DNA from: an uncultured Chloroflexia bacterium | GTDB lineage: Bacteria > Chloroflexota > Anaerolineae > Anaerolineales > UBA4823 | Assembly: GCA_963788305.1 (NCBI GenBank) | Contig: CAWBGK010000020.1 | Span: 81,390-145,389, forward strand | Reading direction: 5' to 3' | Length of the DNA stretch: 64,000 bases | In this document: positions 1-12,072 of the stretch, in pieces | Layout: each line of letters starts with the position of its first letter | Position numbering within the stretch: the stretch's first letter is position 1 | Position numbers and translations under genes: made by a program | The notes under the pieces: generated by a model | What the model was told of the DNA's origin: nothing | What the model saw: the letters and a program-made list of their open reading frames with translations, nothing else | The model's database searches: none

Positions 1-663
1 TGCTGAATCCGCTCGGTACCACCTTGATCCTGACGGTCGTTTTTTCAAGTATGTTCGGAGGCGCCGCCAACTATGCACCTTATGTGCTCAGCGGCCTGAT
101 TTGCTGGGTGTTCTTTTCCCAGGGCACCAGCGATGCAATGGCCAACCTGATCTGGGGGGAAGGATTATTGAAGCGGATTTATATCCCGCGCACCGTATTT
201 GCTGTATCCGCAATTGGGACAGGGCTGATTAACATGGTTTTCGGCCTGGTTCCTCTGCTCCTGGTGATGCTGATTACCGGGATGAAAATTCGGCCCACCA
301 TCCTGCTGCTGCCTATACCTGTCCTCTTCCTGGCAATGTTCGCATTAGGAATCGGCTTGCTCCTTTCAGCCGTCGCGATCTATTTCACGGATATTGTCTA
401 CATGTACGGCATCGTTCTAACCGCCTGGATGTATCTCAGTCCGGTGATCTACAAGATTGAAATGATCCCCGAAAAATTTGCCTGGATCATCAAATTAAAT
501 CCGATGTATTATTTGATTACCCTTTTTCGAATGCCGATTATGAACGACACACCGCCCCAGCCAGAAATATTTCTGATCTCCGGGGCGATTAGTTTTTTCA
601 CGCTTGGTAATTGGCTGGGTCTTTTTCTCCCAGAAGGCGGACGAGTTTGCTTACCATATCTGA
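1..663 (+). CDS. wzm: ABC-2 polysaccharide exporter permease (Wzm), 5'-truncated by window edge
   Basis: ABC-2 permease motifs (LLKRIYIP, MYLSPVIY, LNPMYYLITLFR); +1 indel near 607, corrected C-terminus ...ADEFAYHI* (TGA 661-663). Confidence 0.9.
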
Positions 664-1445
664 AGCAGATCCACGCCCCGTCCTGAAAAAGACCGGAAAT
701 CCGACGATCGATCAAGCTGCAATCCGACTCGAGAACGTCGGAGTTCTGTTATCGGGCTCCAGACGAGAGGATCCCATCGATTAAGGAATATGCGATCCGG
801 TGGATGCAGGGGAAGATCAAGCACCGCGAGTTCTGGGCGCTGCGCGATGTCAGCCTGACCATCCCGCGCGGTGAAGCGATTGGCCTGATCGGTCATAATG
901 GGGCAGGGAAAAGCACGTTCTCCAAGCTGGTTGCACGTGTTTTAAAACCCACATCCGGTCGGGTCGTTGTCATCGGTCAGATTGCCCCGCTTCTGGAATT
1001 TGGCGCCGGTTTCCACCCGGAATTAACGGGCAGGGAAAACATTTTCTTAAATGGCGCTTTGCTTGGGTTTTCTCATCAGGAAATGGAGGATAAATTCCAG
1101 AACATCGTCGATTTTGCCGAGCTCTGGGAATTTATCGATGCCCCGATCCGGACATATTCCTCCGGGATGTGGGCCAGGCTGGGATTTGCAGTCGCGACCG
1201 ACGTCAAGCCTGATACCTTAATCATCGATGAAGTCCTCTCTGTAGGAGACGAGTTTTTTCAACGCAAAAGCGCCGCCCGAATGCAGGAATTTCGCGACCA
1301 GGGCGCCACCATTTTGCTGGTTTCCCATAATTTAGCCTCCATCGAGCAAATGTGCCATCGCGCCGCCTGGCTCGATCACGGCCGCCTGATGGAAGTTGGA
1401 AAACCTGAAGCAGTGATTGAGGCGTATCGGAACCATCAATCATAA
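647..1445 (+). CDS. wzt: ABC polysaccharide exporter ATPase (Wzt), no C-terminal carbohydrate-binding domain
   Basis: Walker A GHNGAGKST, GFHPELTGREN, YSSGM, IIDE; N-terminus (IRLENVGV) lies in another frame, indel near 748. Confidence 0.9.
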
Positions 1446-1536
1446 AATGAGTACTGGACTGGGTTCCGGTTATGGTAAAATCTAGCCTCAATTTAGATCG
1501 GACTTCAATTGTCAACATTTCGAATGCAGGAGTTTT

Positions 1537-3030
1537 ATGCTCAAAATATTCAGCCTTCTCTTTATTGTTGCCTCTTTCTTCCCCAGCTCTCTTAAAGCCA
1601 GCGTTACCACGGGTAAAAGCTTCGCTGCTGCCCTCCAAAATCCACAACAACCCGAACTGGAATCCGAAATCTATCTGCCAGTCATCTTCCGCGTTCTTGC
1701 CCCATCTGTTTTTGGCGTCGAGACGAGGGATAATTACAATCGTGAAGCCTTCCAGACCTGGAAAATGGACGCAGCAGACGCCGCAGATGTATATTGGCTG
1801 CGCGCGGCAGCCTTTAATTGGGACGAGATTGAGCCCACTCGCTATCCGACCCCGTTCTATTACTGGAACAAGGTCGACGAGGCCGGTCTGATTAAAGCAG
1901 CAAACAGAAATATGGCCATCATCGGGACGATCAAGTACACACCTTCCTGGGCTCAAAGAATCCCCCCTGGGCTTGCGGGCCGATCGCTCCTGATTCCCTG
2001 GATGAGTTTGCCCAGTTTGTCACCGCTGTCGTCAGGCGCTACAGCGCCCCACCTTATAACATCCACCATTGGGAGCTCGGCAACGAGGTCGACGCCGACC
2101 CATCCTTAATTTATCCCTGGTATCGGGCCGTATTCGGCTGTTGGGGAGACAAGAACGATACCTATTACGGTGGCGGTTATTACGCCGAAATGCTCAAGAA
2201 GGCGTATCCGGCTGTAAAAGTGGGTGATATGCATTCCAAGGTTTTGCTCGGTGGTTTACTGCTCGACTGCGATCCCACGAACCCGCCGCCAGGCCGAACT
2301 GACGGATGCCTGCCGGCAAAATTCCTCGAAGGCATCTTAAGAATACGGCGGAGCCCCGTATTTCGATATTCTCGCCTTCCACACCTATGTCGGTTTTGGA
2401 CCTTTAGACAAAATTGGGACGGATGACACCCTGAAAATTCGGGATGTCGACAACCCAAGCTTCAAAGCGAGGGGCGGACAGGTCGATGGTAAGGTGAACT
2501 ATGTCCGCAGCCTGCTATCAGCATATGGGATCAGCAAACCGCTTTTCCTCACCGAAGTCTCGCTGAGCTGCTTGGATGAAGCATTTGTTGACAAATTCTG
2601 CACGACCGAACAGGATCTCTTCTGGGACCTGCAGGCCGATTTCGTCGTGACTTCGCATCTCCGCGCCTGGGGACATGGGATGATGGGAGCGATCTGGTAC
2701 ACGCTTGAGGATTCGACCTGGCGCGACACAGGCCTTCACACCCCAGAAATGACTCCAAAACCGGGCTATCTCGCGCTTCAGTTCATGTCCAAAGAGCTGA
2801 AAGATGGCGCCGTGATCTCCGAAATCAAAGATTATCCCGGACTGCGCGGCTACGTATTCCAGCTCCCCACCAAGAAAGTCAGGGTTTTATGGTCGCCAGA
2901 TGGGGTGACAGGAGTTTCAATTGTTCCTCCGGTCGGTACGTCGCTGATTTTTGACAAATTTGGGAATCCCATTGCGCTGACGGGAACAATCGAAATCGTA
3001 CATCCGACATATTTTGAAATCCCCCAATAA
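1537..3030 (+). CDS. Secreted clan GH-A glycoside hydrolase (GH5/GH39-like), split by indels
   Basis: Signal peptide; TPSWA; WELGNEVD acid/base motif (~2070-2093, alternate frame); LFLTE nucleophile; pieces 1537-2109, 2190-2426, 2494-3030. Confidence 0.75.
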
Positions 3031-3197
3031 ATCATCTGGGGGTATTTTCCTTTTTTTCCAACATCACAGGTGGTAGAATAACTCCCCAAATCCCCCTCAG
3101 ATCGGTTTTTTCCAGATGGGAAAAACCGATCTGGATCTTTTTAACCTTCATATCCGCAGGTTATATCCTGGCCTTTCTGCTCATTGCCGGGTTCCGA

Positions 3198-5018
3198 ATG
3201 GTCTATCCCTATGAGCTGGAGTGGATCGAAGGGGCAATGATCGACCAGATTCGCTGGATTCTCCAGGGTCAGGCGCTGTATGCTCCTCCAGATATCCACT
3301 TCATCCCATTTGCATATACCCCGGTTTTCTTTTACCTGTCCGCAGTTTTGATGAAATGGGTAGGAATTGGTTTTCTGGCTCCGCGGTTCATTTCCATCCT
3401 TGCCGCAAGCGGTTGTATCTTGATCATTTATCAGATCGTCCGGCGTGATACCGGTCGCTTTTTCCCTGCCGTAATCGCAGCAGGGATATACGCAGCCTCC
3501 TTCCAGCTCACAGGAGTCTGGATGGATCTTGCAAAGGTGGATTCGCTTTTCATGCTGTTCGTCCTGGCAGCGTTCTTCTTCAGCCGGCCGGAAAAACACA
3601 AGGGCTTGATGCTGATTTCGGGGATGTGTTTCGCCCTGGCATTCTTCACCAAACAGCTTGCCCTGCCGGTCATCCTGGTCTTTGGTCCTCTTTCGCTTTG
3701 GATCTATCGCGGCAGAACCTGGCCTGTCTGGATCACAACGCTGTTATTGATTTGCGGAATCGCTGCAGTCTCCGATTTAATAAGCAGCGGCTGGTTTTCG
3801 TTTTACACCTTTAAGACCGTGATGACCCATCAAAAAGTCTCGGGTTGGCTCCCATTCCTGCAGGCTGCCATTCCAGGGCTGTGGCCTTCGATCCTCCTTG
3901 CAGTCATATTCAGCGTTCGCCAGCTAAGGAGCACGTCTCCGTTACGAATGGAGAAGAATGGTCAGGAACTTTGGAACACTTTGGGTTTCTGCGCGGCGTT
4001 AATCTTGACCAGCTGGAGCATCTATTTCAAAATTTGGACTTTTCAGAACGATCTGATCCCGGCTGCAGCTGGCCTGGCGATCATCTGCGGGCTGTGTGCT
4101 GGAAGTGTTCTTCAAGACCGCCCAAAATTCGTCGTACCTGCTGCTTTCGCACTCATCGTCCCGGGGCTGCTGTTCCTCCAGCTCGCCTTGCTGGTTTACA
4201 ATCCCCGCCAGCTCATCCCGACGGAAAAACATTTCAAGAAATCCGAAAAGATCATCCAGCGCACCCAGTCCCTCCCGGGGGAAGTGCTGAACTTTAACCG
4301 CGGTTACTGGAACGATCTGGCGGAAAAAAACACCTATCTCCATATTACACCTCTGGGAGATGTCTTTGCCGCAAATTTCCCGCCGGGATCTGAATCCTTC
4401 CGCCGCCAGGAATTAATCCAGGATATGTTTCAAGATTTATTATCGAGCCAGATGTTTGACTGGGTCATTGTGGATAAGCTGCCTGACTCGTGGCTGCCCT
4501 ATTATTTGTTTGTTGGAAACTTTCTGCGCGAATCCGGGGTCAATTATCCAGGTCGGGATCAAGCTATGGTCCCAAAATACCTCTTAATGAAGAACCCCAT
4601 CGCGTACGGTGGCAGCTTTCCCCTGGACGAGCCCCTGTTCAATGACCTTTACAAAGAAGGGTGGGGAAAAGCAGCCGAGGGCTCGCGTCAGATCGTCGCT
4701 TTCCAGGCTCTTCTGTTGATCGCGATAAATGGGGATCGTCCAACCGAGCTGGACCTGGTCGTACAGCCCGCATGCTACGATGGAAAACCTGCTGTTACTG
4801 GTTTGAAAGCATCCTGGGGTCCTAAGGAAATTGGCATGATCCAGCTGTCAGCTTGCGAGAATGCCTCGGGCAGGTTCACGATTCCCCCCGACCAGATTCG
4901 GACAGATGAATACAATCAGCTTTCATTCGAGCTGGCAGGCCACCCAGACTGGTCGCTGAACGAAAACGAATCACCAACCTTGCTCACTGTACACGAGCTG
5001 ACATTCCACCAGCGCTGA
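3198..5018 (+). CDS. GT-C-fold (PMT/ArnT-like) polytopic membrane glycosyltransferase
   Basis: About 11 TM segments, EWIEG, YTPVFFYL, AKVD, FFTKQ motifs; frame stays open upstream with another hydrophobic segment, so the true start may be near 3100. Confidence 0.7.
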   Translation: MVYPYELEWIEGAMIDQIRWILQGQALYAPPDIHFIPFAYTPVFFYLSAVLMKWVGIGFLAPRFISILAASGCILIIYQIVRRDTGRFFPAVIAAGIYAASFQLTGVWMDLAKVDSLFMLFVLAAFFFSRPEKHKGLMLISGMCFALAFFTKQLALPVILVFGPLSLWIYRGRTWPVWITTLLLICGIAAVSDLISSGWFSFYTFKTVMTHQKVSGWLPFLQAAIPGLWPSILLAVIFSVRQLRSTSPLRMEKNGQELWNTLGFCAALILTSWSIYFKIWTFQNDLIPAAAGLAIICGLCAGSVLQDRPKFVVPAAFALIVPGLLFLQLALLVYNPRQLIPTEKHFKKSEKIIQRTQSLPGEVLNFNRGYWNDLAEKNTYLHITPLGDVFAANFPPGSESFRRQELIQDMFQDLLSSQMFDWVIVDKLPDSWLPYYLFVGNFLRESGVNYPGRDQAMVPKYLLMKNPIAYGGSFPLDEPLFNDLYKEGWGKAAEGSRQIVAFQALLLIAINGDRPTELDLVVQPACYDGKPAVTGLKASWGPKEIGMIQLSACENASGRFTIPPDQIRTDEYNQLSFELAGHPDWSLNENESPTLLTVHELTFHQR

Positions 5019-5026
5019 ACGGATAT

Positions 5027-7892
5027 TTTGAAGAAGTCCCAGAACAGTTCCTTTGCTTTGATTGCCCTGTCAGTTGTGCTGGTCTCGGGAATGCTTACCC
5101 TCCTGGCAGTCGCACCCATCCAAAAATCCAACACGGATCCGGATGAAGCTCTTAATTGAGAACCCGGCAGTGTGGGTGGGTCAGAATTCGCCGTCTTTTC
5201 CGCAGGTTGTGCTTTTCCGCCACTCATTTCGCTTGGTCGATCCAGCGCCTCTGGCAGAGCTCGAAATCTTTGCAGATACCCGTTATGAGGTCTGGATCGA
5301 CGGCGCCTGGATCGGCAGGGGACCTGCCCGGTTTTCCAGGACACTTCAAGAATTTGATGTTTATAAACTTGACCCGTTCCATACCGGCACACACACCATC
5401 GCTGTGCTGGTGCAGTGGGCACCTAATATTCGCCGCTCTGAATCAACCGTTCCGCAGTTGACCGCCAGGATTTTGTCGCAGTCCGGATTTCGGAAACAAA
5501 TCTTGACAAAGACTGGCTCGGATTGGAAAGCCAGGCTCTCTGATGCATGGCAGCAGGACTCCGCTCCGGTCCATGACTGGGGTTTGATCGGCCCAACCGA
5601 GCTGCTCGACCTGCGCCGCTTACCCATGGACTGGCGCCAGCCTGGATTTCCCGACCAGGATTGGCCGGATGCCGTTTTGCTTACCCAGTCCAGAGAATGC
5701 GCTGCTCGAGCCTGTAGTTCAACCGCGTTCTATCGAGCTCCTGGCCGAGTACCGCATGCCCCTCACTATTTTGGATGCCGGTCTGCTCTCGCCGCACTGT
5801 TCCATCGTCGAAATCTCTCCCCCGGTCCCGAATCCGTACGAGCTCAAGCTCCAGGTCTCCTCCCCGACGGAATTGGTGATCGAGACGGTGTCGATATCCT
5901 ATCCATTCACGATGACCGCTGGGGTTGATGGAAACTTGCTCCATTGGGCTCCATCTCCCGAAGACCGTCTGGATGTGTTTAAAGCGTCAGCTCCTGTGGA
6001 AGCAGGGCCTCATCAGCTTGTGATCACGAACATCCCTGAACAGGGGGCCACTTTCTGCATCTCCAGGGACGGCGGCACGATCCCGCTGCTGGCTCTAGAG
6101 CAGGGGGTGCACGCTGGAAGAAGGACCCTCCTTGCAGAACTTGCATCGGATCTCACTCAGGTGCACGCCAGCCGAGACGGCAGCCGGCCTGGATTTGGAA
6201 TTCCGCAAACTGCCTGCCTATGTCGTCCTGGATGCCGGTCGGACGATCCACGGACGCATCTACCTCGAAGTTGAAGGTCCTGCCGGCTCGATTCTGGATA
6301 TCGGCTGGGACGAAAGGCTGCATACGAGCTCAAGGCGCCCGTACCCTTACCCCGGCTCGCTTTATCCGCAGTGGAACCAGGTTGACTCCTGGGTGCTCGA
6401 CGGCCGCATGCGCTCAATCCATACGATCGACGCCCGGGCCGGTCGTTATATTCTCATCGCGGTCTGGGGCGAAGGTCCAGTCAGGCTGAGCCAGATCCAG
6501 GCGCTGGAAGAACGCTATCCAATAGAACAGGTTGGCGAATTTCATTCATCAAATCCGCTTCTGGACCGCATCTGGCAGGTCGGCGTGGACACGCTTCGCC
6601 CCAATATGACAGACGCATTCACAGATACACCCTGGCGTGAGCGCGGCCAGTGGTGGGGAGATGTTCACGCCGAAAACAGGATTGCCAGGGTCGCTTTTCA
6701 GGATCAGAGGTTGCTGCGCCGCAGCCTGATATATATGGCTGATGCCTTGCAGCGCAGCGAAGCGCCAGGGTTGGTTCCAAACAATCAGGGCCTGCGCATG
6801 CTCGATTACTCGATGTTGTGGGTCCAGGATCTGGCGGGCTACCTGAAGGTTACTGGTGACAAAAATTTGGCGACGGAGTTATTTCCACGGCTATCCCAGC
6901 TGATGAAAAACCTGGAAAAGGCCGAAAATGACCGCAGCGGTCTGCTGGATTTACCCGAAGGACCCTGGTCTGAGACCGCCTATATCGATGTTGCAGCCAG
7001 GCTGAGCCGGTCTGGACAGTCTGCTGCTTTGAACTCAATCTATTATGAAACGCTGAAACAGGCCGCCTGGGTCGCAGATTTCACAGGTAGATCTACAGCC
7101 GCCCGCAGATGGACGAATAAATCGGAAAAAATCCGGTCGGCGATCAATAACCTCCTTTATCGGCCTGAGGATCATCGCTATCTTGCGAGTCTCTCTGAAA
7201 CAGGTTATTCTAATCCCACCGTCCACTCCCAGGCCTGGCCGCTCGCATTCGATATCATTCCAGAGGATCAGCGCATACAGGCAACCAAGTCTTTGCTGGA
7301 GATGATCCCGCCAGATCCGGCGAAATCAACGTTCGGGACCTATGGTATGTTATGGATCCTGGAAGCCCTCGGAAATGCAGGCTTTTTTCAGCAGGCTGTC
7401 GCCTTGATCGAGGACTATTATGGATATATCCTTCAATCGGGCGCTCAGACCTGGTGGGAGGGGTTCCACGCCGGGGAATATCCAGAAACCAGCATATCTC
7501 ACGGCTGGAGCGGCGCTCCCACATGGTTCCTGACGAATTTCATCCTCGGCGCCCGTTCAGACGATCTGGATAGATGGGTCGTGCGCCCCTCTTTTTCAGC
7601 AGTCGGGCGAGCCGCAGGTCGGCTGCCGCTTGCCAGTGGGGTTCTGGAAGTCGAATGGCAGAATCCTGGATGCGGTGAAAGTAATCTCACGATTTCAGCC
7701 CCGCTCCAAACTCGTGGCGAGGTCGTCTTCCCAAATTCCTGGCAAAATTTAGAGCTTCTTCTGGACGGCGAAAGCATCTTGGGCCTGGAACCGACGATAC
7801 AATTCAATGGATTTCAAGACCTCCAGGGTACCCACATTTTCCTGGAAGGCGGCGCCCACGCGTTCTCCGCCCGCTATCTGTGCATTCCATGA
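5027..7892 (+). CDS. Secreted/membrane-anchored alpha-L-rhamnosidase-like protein (GH78), split by indels
   Basis: N-terminal hydrophobic leader MKKSQNSSFALIALSVVLVSG; FADTRYEVWIDG; DTPWRERGQWWGD; TWWE; SHGWSGAP. Confidence 0.85.
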
Positions 7893-7947
7893 ATTTCTCG
7901 GAAACAAGCTATACAGATTTTCTGGCTGAAATGAAGAAGAATCAACA

Positions 7948-9438
7948 ATGAAACCAGCCTTGGGTATTATTTTCTCTTCCACTCCGGTCGCCCGGAGGCC
8001 GATATTCTGGGCTCTGGCTTATATTCTGGTCGTCGGTGCGGGGATATTTCTCCTGCGGACCGATTGGGGTTATGACGATCCATTCATCACTTTTCGTTAT
8101 GCCTGGAATCTCAGCCAGGGTTTGGGTTTCGTTTACAACCCGGGCGAGCAAATCCTGAGCACGACAACACCGCTTTTCACCCTGATCCTGGCCGCCGCAT
8201 CACTTTTCGTGAGCAACATCCCAAAAGCAGCCAATCTGATTGGGGCTCTGAGCATTGCCATCGGCGCTCTGCTGATCTTTGATATCGCCGCATCCCTGAA
8301 AAACCCCCTTGTAGGGTGGACTGGTATTGTGCTTTATCCCTTATCTGTCCTGCTTCTCGATACCCTGGGTTCCGAGACTCCGCTTTATATCGCACTTTGC
8401 CTGGCTTCATTTGCCTGTTATTTTCGAGGCAGGCTCACCATGGCGGCTGGGTTCAGCGCTTTCGCTGTGCTGACCCGACCGGATGGGATCCTGGTGGCGG
8501 TGATCCTCCTGGCAGATTGGCTGATCGTCCGCAGACGGCCTGTTCCCTGGAAGGCATTGCTCGTTTTTGCCCTGATCTTGCTCCCTTGGGTTGTGTTTTC
8601 CTGGCTTTATTTTGGGTCTCCAATTCCCATCACGCTTGCGGCCAAGCAGAATCAAGCTTTCATGGCGATCGGTCGCAAGTTTCCAGAACACATCTTTGCC
8701 GCGCTGGAGCAGTCAAACATCCCCTGGTACAGCTGGGTCCTGGCATTGCTCGCCCTGGCAGGCGGTATTTTCGTACCGCTGCGCGCCCGCCAGTGGGTTG
8801 TGTTTCTTGCATGGCCTTTGCTCTATTTCATCTCGTACACTGCCCTGGGGGTTTCCAGCTATTTCTGGTACTATGCCCCGCTTCTCCCCGGAGTCCTCGT
8901 CCTGGTCGGCCTAGGCCTCACATCCCTCACGAGAGGTATAGAAGCGCTTATCGATCCTGAAGTGCATAGATCTTCCTGGCTAACGCACATCCCAGAGGCA
9001 ATCGGCGCGGCGATTTTGCTCGCTATGTTTATCCCCATGGCAGCTCAGGCGGTTTCATCTTCCAGTAAAAACGATTCTCGTTACCCGATCTATCGACGGG
9101 CAGGCCTCTGGCTGAACAAAAATACACCGCTTGATGCATCGGTAGGGGTCCTGGAAGTTGGGATGATTGGCTATTTTTCTGATCGTTTCATTGTCGATTT
9201 CGCTGGTTTGATCCAACCGGAGATCATTGAAAATATGGACCGTCAATCAACCTACAGCGATTCAGCCCTTCTTGCAAGTACTTTATACAGACCAGACTAT
9301 CTTGTCATAAATGAAGGCTGGCTCCCCGAATTTGAAACAAAATACATCTACAAAAATTGCGTCCACGTAAAACAGTTCAGGGGATCACAGTTTAGCTATC
9401 CGACAAACCTGGACATCTTTTCCTGCTCCCAACCCTGA
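7948..9438 (+). CDS. GT-C-like membrane protein (arabinofuranosyltransferase-like family)
   Basis: DDPFITFRYA..N, VYNPGE, GSETPL, LTRPDG, VDFAGL motifs; many TM helices. Confidence 0.7.
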   Translation: MKPALGIIFSSTPVARRPIFWALAYILVVGAGIFLLRTDWGYDDPFITFRYAWNLSQGLGFVYNPGEQILSTTTPLFTLILAAASLFVSNIPKAANLIGALSIAIGALLIFDIAASLKNPLVGWTGIVLYPLSVLLLDTLGSETPLYIALCLASFACYFRGRLTMAAGFSAFAVLTRPDGILVAVILLADWLIVRRRPVPWKALLVFALILLPWVVFSWLYFGSPIPITLAAKQNQAFMAIGRKFPEHIFAALEQSNIPWYSWVLALLALAGGIFVPLRARQWVVFLAWPLLYFISYTALGVSSYFWYYAPLLPGVLVLVGLGLTSLTRGIEALIDPEVHRSSWLTHIPEAIGAAILLAMFIPMAAQAVSSSSKNDSRYPIYRRAGLWLNKNTPLDASVGVLEVGMIGYFSDRFIVDFAGLIQPEIIENMDRQSTYSDSALLASTLYRPDYLVINEGWLPEFETKYIYKNCVHVKQFRGSQFSYPTNLDIFSCSQP

Positions 9439-9466
9439 AATGTCCGGGTCTCCGCTGATGATTGTT

Positions 9467-9475
9467 TGCTATAAT
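9467..9475 (+). promoter_or_regulatory. Extended -10 promoter of rml operon
   Basis: TGCTATAAT 35 nt upstream of rmlC ATG. Confidence 0.55.
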
Positions 9476-9510
9476 CTCTTCCACATTCTTGTTCTTTTGT
9501 GAGGTTGCCG

Positions 9511-10059
9511 ATGCGTTTCATCCCGACAGAAATTCCGGATGTTCAATTAATCGAGCCTGAGATGCTGGGGGACCAGCGTGGCTTTTTTATGGAAATTTAC
9601 CATGCCAGGATATACAATCAGGCCGGGATCGATGCGGTTTTTGTCCAGGACAACCAGTCTGGATCGCGCCGCGGCAGCCTGCGTGGTTTGCATTACCAGA
9701 TATGCCACCCGCAAAGCAAGCTGATTCGCGTGGTTCATGGAGAAGTCTTCGACGTTGCCGTTGATATCCGCCGCAGCTCGCCTACTTTCGGCCGCTGGGT
9801 GGGGAGGCATATATCGTCCGAGAACCGGCTCCAGATCTATATCCCTGTGGGTTTCGCCCACGGCATTTATGTCCTGAGCGATTGGGCCGAAGTGACCTAT
9901 AAGGTGAGCGATTTTTACGCACCGGAATGCGAGCGTACGCTGCTTTGGAATGATCCGCAGGTGAATGTACTCTGGCCGCTGTTTGATGGAGAACCGCCTG
10001 TCCTTTCTGCAAAAGACGTGCGCGGGGCGACGCTGGAAAATGCCGATCTCTTCGAGTAA
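9511..10059 (+). CDS. rfbC: dTDP-4-dehydrorhamnose 3,5-epimerase
   Basis: DQRGFFME, VQDNQS, LRGLHYQ, DVAVDIRRSSPTFG, GFAHG. Confidence 0.97.
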   Translation: MRFIPTEIPDVQLIEPEMLGDQRGFFMEIYHARIYNQAGIDAVFVQDNQSGSRRGSLRGLHYQICHPQSKLIRVVHGEVFDVAVDIRRSSPTFGRWVGRHISSENRLQIYIPVGFAHGIYVLSDWAEVTYKVSDFYAPECERTLLWNDPQVNVLWPLFDGEPPVLSAKDVRGATLENADLFE

Positions 10060-10065
10060 TTACCG

Positions 10066-11160
10066 ATGAAGAATATCCTGGTCACCGGTGGAGCGGGGTT
10101 CATCGGCTCTAATTTCATCCATTTCATCCTGGCTCGCGAACCTCAGGCTCAGATTATCAATCTGGACGCATTGACCTATGCCGGCAGCCTGGAAAATCTG
10201 AAAGGGCTGCCGGATCCATCCCGATATACATTTATCAAGGGCAACATCTGCGACCGCGCTCTCGTCCAGAGTCTGTTGGAGCAGCACCAAATCGATACCA
10301 TCGTTCATTTTGCTGCCGAGACCCACGTCGACCGCTCCATCCTTGGTCCTGAGCAGTTCATCCAGACGAACATCATTGGCACCTTTACCTTATTGGATGC
10401 GGCAAAGTCCTATTGGCAGGCCGGCGGACGATCGGATCGGTTTCGATTCCACCATGTCTCCACGGATGAAGTCTTTGGCTCGCTTGCACCAGACGATCCT
10501 CCCTGGACTGAAGCGACTGGCTACGCTCCCAACTCGCCGTACGCGGCCTCAAAAGCATCAAGCGACCACCTGGTGCGAGCCTATGGGCATACCTACGGGC
10601 TGCCCTATTCGATCACCAACTGCACGAACAACTATGGACCTTACCAGTTTCCTGAAAAACTGATCCCTTTAATGATCCTGAATGCGACTAACGGTCTGCC
10701 GCTGCCTGTTTATGGCGACGGACAGCAGATCCGCGATTGGCTTTATGTTGAAGACCATTGTGAAGCCATCTGGACCGTGCTGGATCGCGGCGGCGCAGGA
10801 GAGACCTATGTGGTCGGCGGGGAGAATCAGCCGGCCAACCTGACCGTCATCCACACCATCTGCGATATCCTGGACGAGCTTCAGCCCAGCTCTCCCCATA
10901 CCCCACATCAACGGTTAATTCAATACGTTGCTGATCGACCCGGTCATGACCGGCGATATTCAATGGATATCCAGAAGATTCGCCGGGAATTGGGATGGCA
11001 TCCAAACCATTCGATGACCAGCGGCCTTCTGGATACCGTCCAATGGTATCTCGACCACCCGGAATGGGTCCATGCTATCCGACAGGCCCAGGATTACCAG
11101 GGCTGGCTGGCAAAGAATTACGACCAAAGGTCCTTAAAATCCTCAGGAGGAGAGATCTGA
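10066..11160 (+). CDS. rfbB: dTDP-glucose 4,6-dehydratase
   Basis: [38 protein letters not shown]. Confidence 0.98.
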   Translation: MKNILVTGGAGFIGSNFIHFILAREPQAQIINLDALTYAGSLENLKGLPDPSRYTFIKGNICDRALVQSLLEQHQIDTIVHFAAETHVDRSILGPEQFIQTNIIGTFTLLDAAKSYWQAGGRSDRFRFHHVSTDEVFGSLAPDDPPWTEATGYAPNSPYAASKASSDHLVRAYGHTYGLPYSITNCTNNYGPYQFPEKLIPLMILNATNGLPLPVYGDGQQIRDWLYVEDHCEAIWTVLDRGGAGETYVVGGENQPANLTVIHTICDILDELQPSSPHTPHQRLIQYVADRPGHDRRYSMDIQKIRRELGWHPNHSMTSGLLDTVQWYLDHPEWVHAIRQAQDYQGWLAKNYDQRSLKSSGGEI

Positions 11161-12056
11161 TGAAAGGGATTATCCTCGCTGGAGGTCACGGAACTCGCCT
11201 TTTCCCCTTGACGATCGGGGTGAGCAAGCAGCTTCTCCCGGTATACGACAAGCCGATGATCTATTACCCGCTGTCGATGTTGATGCTTGCCGGGATTCGC
11301 GAGATTCTGGTGATCAGCACGCCAGCAGCGCTGCCGAATTTCAAGCAGTTATTGAGCGACGGCAGCCAATGGGGGTTGGAATTAAGCTACGTTGCCCAGC
11401 CAGAGCCGCGCGGGCTGGCAGATGCATTTCTCGTCCAGCCCGACTTCATCCGAGGCGAATCTGTCTGCTTGATCCTGGGAGACAACATATTCTTCGGTCA
11501 CGGTCTACCCTCCAGGCTGCGCGAGGCAGCCCGGCTGGAGCAAGGCGCCCTCATCTTTGCCTACCCGGTGCGCGACCCGGAGCGTTATGGAGTTGTGGAA
11601 ATCGACAAGGACGGCATGGCAGTAAGCATCGAAGAAAAACCGCTTGCGCCGCGCTCGAATTACGCGGTCCCCGGCCTCTATTTCTTTGATTCATCGGTTG
11701 GCGAGATCGCCGCCAACCTGCAGCCATCTCCCCGTGGCGAGCTAGAAATCACCGATGTAAACCGGGCTTATATGCGGCGCGGCGAGCTGCGCGTCGAAGT
11801 GATGGGGCGCGGGGTCGCCTGGTTGGATGCCGGGACCCATGAGTCGCTGCTCCAGGCGGCGAATTTTGTCCAGGCTGTCGAAGACAGGCAAGGTATGATG
11901 ATCTCCTGCCCCGAAGAAATCGCTTACCGCCTGGGGTTGATTGATAAAGCTGGGCTTCGAAAGCAAGCTCAGCGCTACCACAACAACCAGTATGGGGAGT
12001 ATTTGATTTCTTTGCTGGACCAGGATTTCTTTTTCGAAGATCAAAGCTCATCATGA
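11160..12056 (+). CDS. rfbA: Glucose-1-phosphate thymidylyltransferase
   Basis: [37 protein letters not shown]; start overlaps rfbB stop. Confidence 0.98.
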   Translation: MKGIILAGGHGTRLFPLTIGVSKQLLPVYDKPMIYYPLSMLMLAGIREILVISTPAALPNFKQLLSDGSQWGLELSYVAQPEPRGLADAFLVQPDFIRGESVCLILGDNIFFGHGLPSRLREAARLEQGALIFAYPVRDPERYGVVEIDKDGMAVSIEEKPLAPRSNYAVPGLYFFDSSVGEIAANLQPSPRGELEITDVNRAYMRRGELRVEVMGRGVAWLDAGTHESLLQAANFVQAVEDRQGMMISCPEEIAYRLGLIDKAGLRKQAQRYHNNQYGEYLISLLDQDFFFEDQSSS

Positions 12057-12072
12057 TTGAGCATCGAGCACC

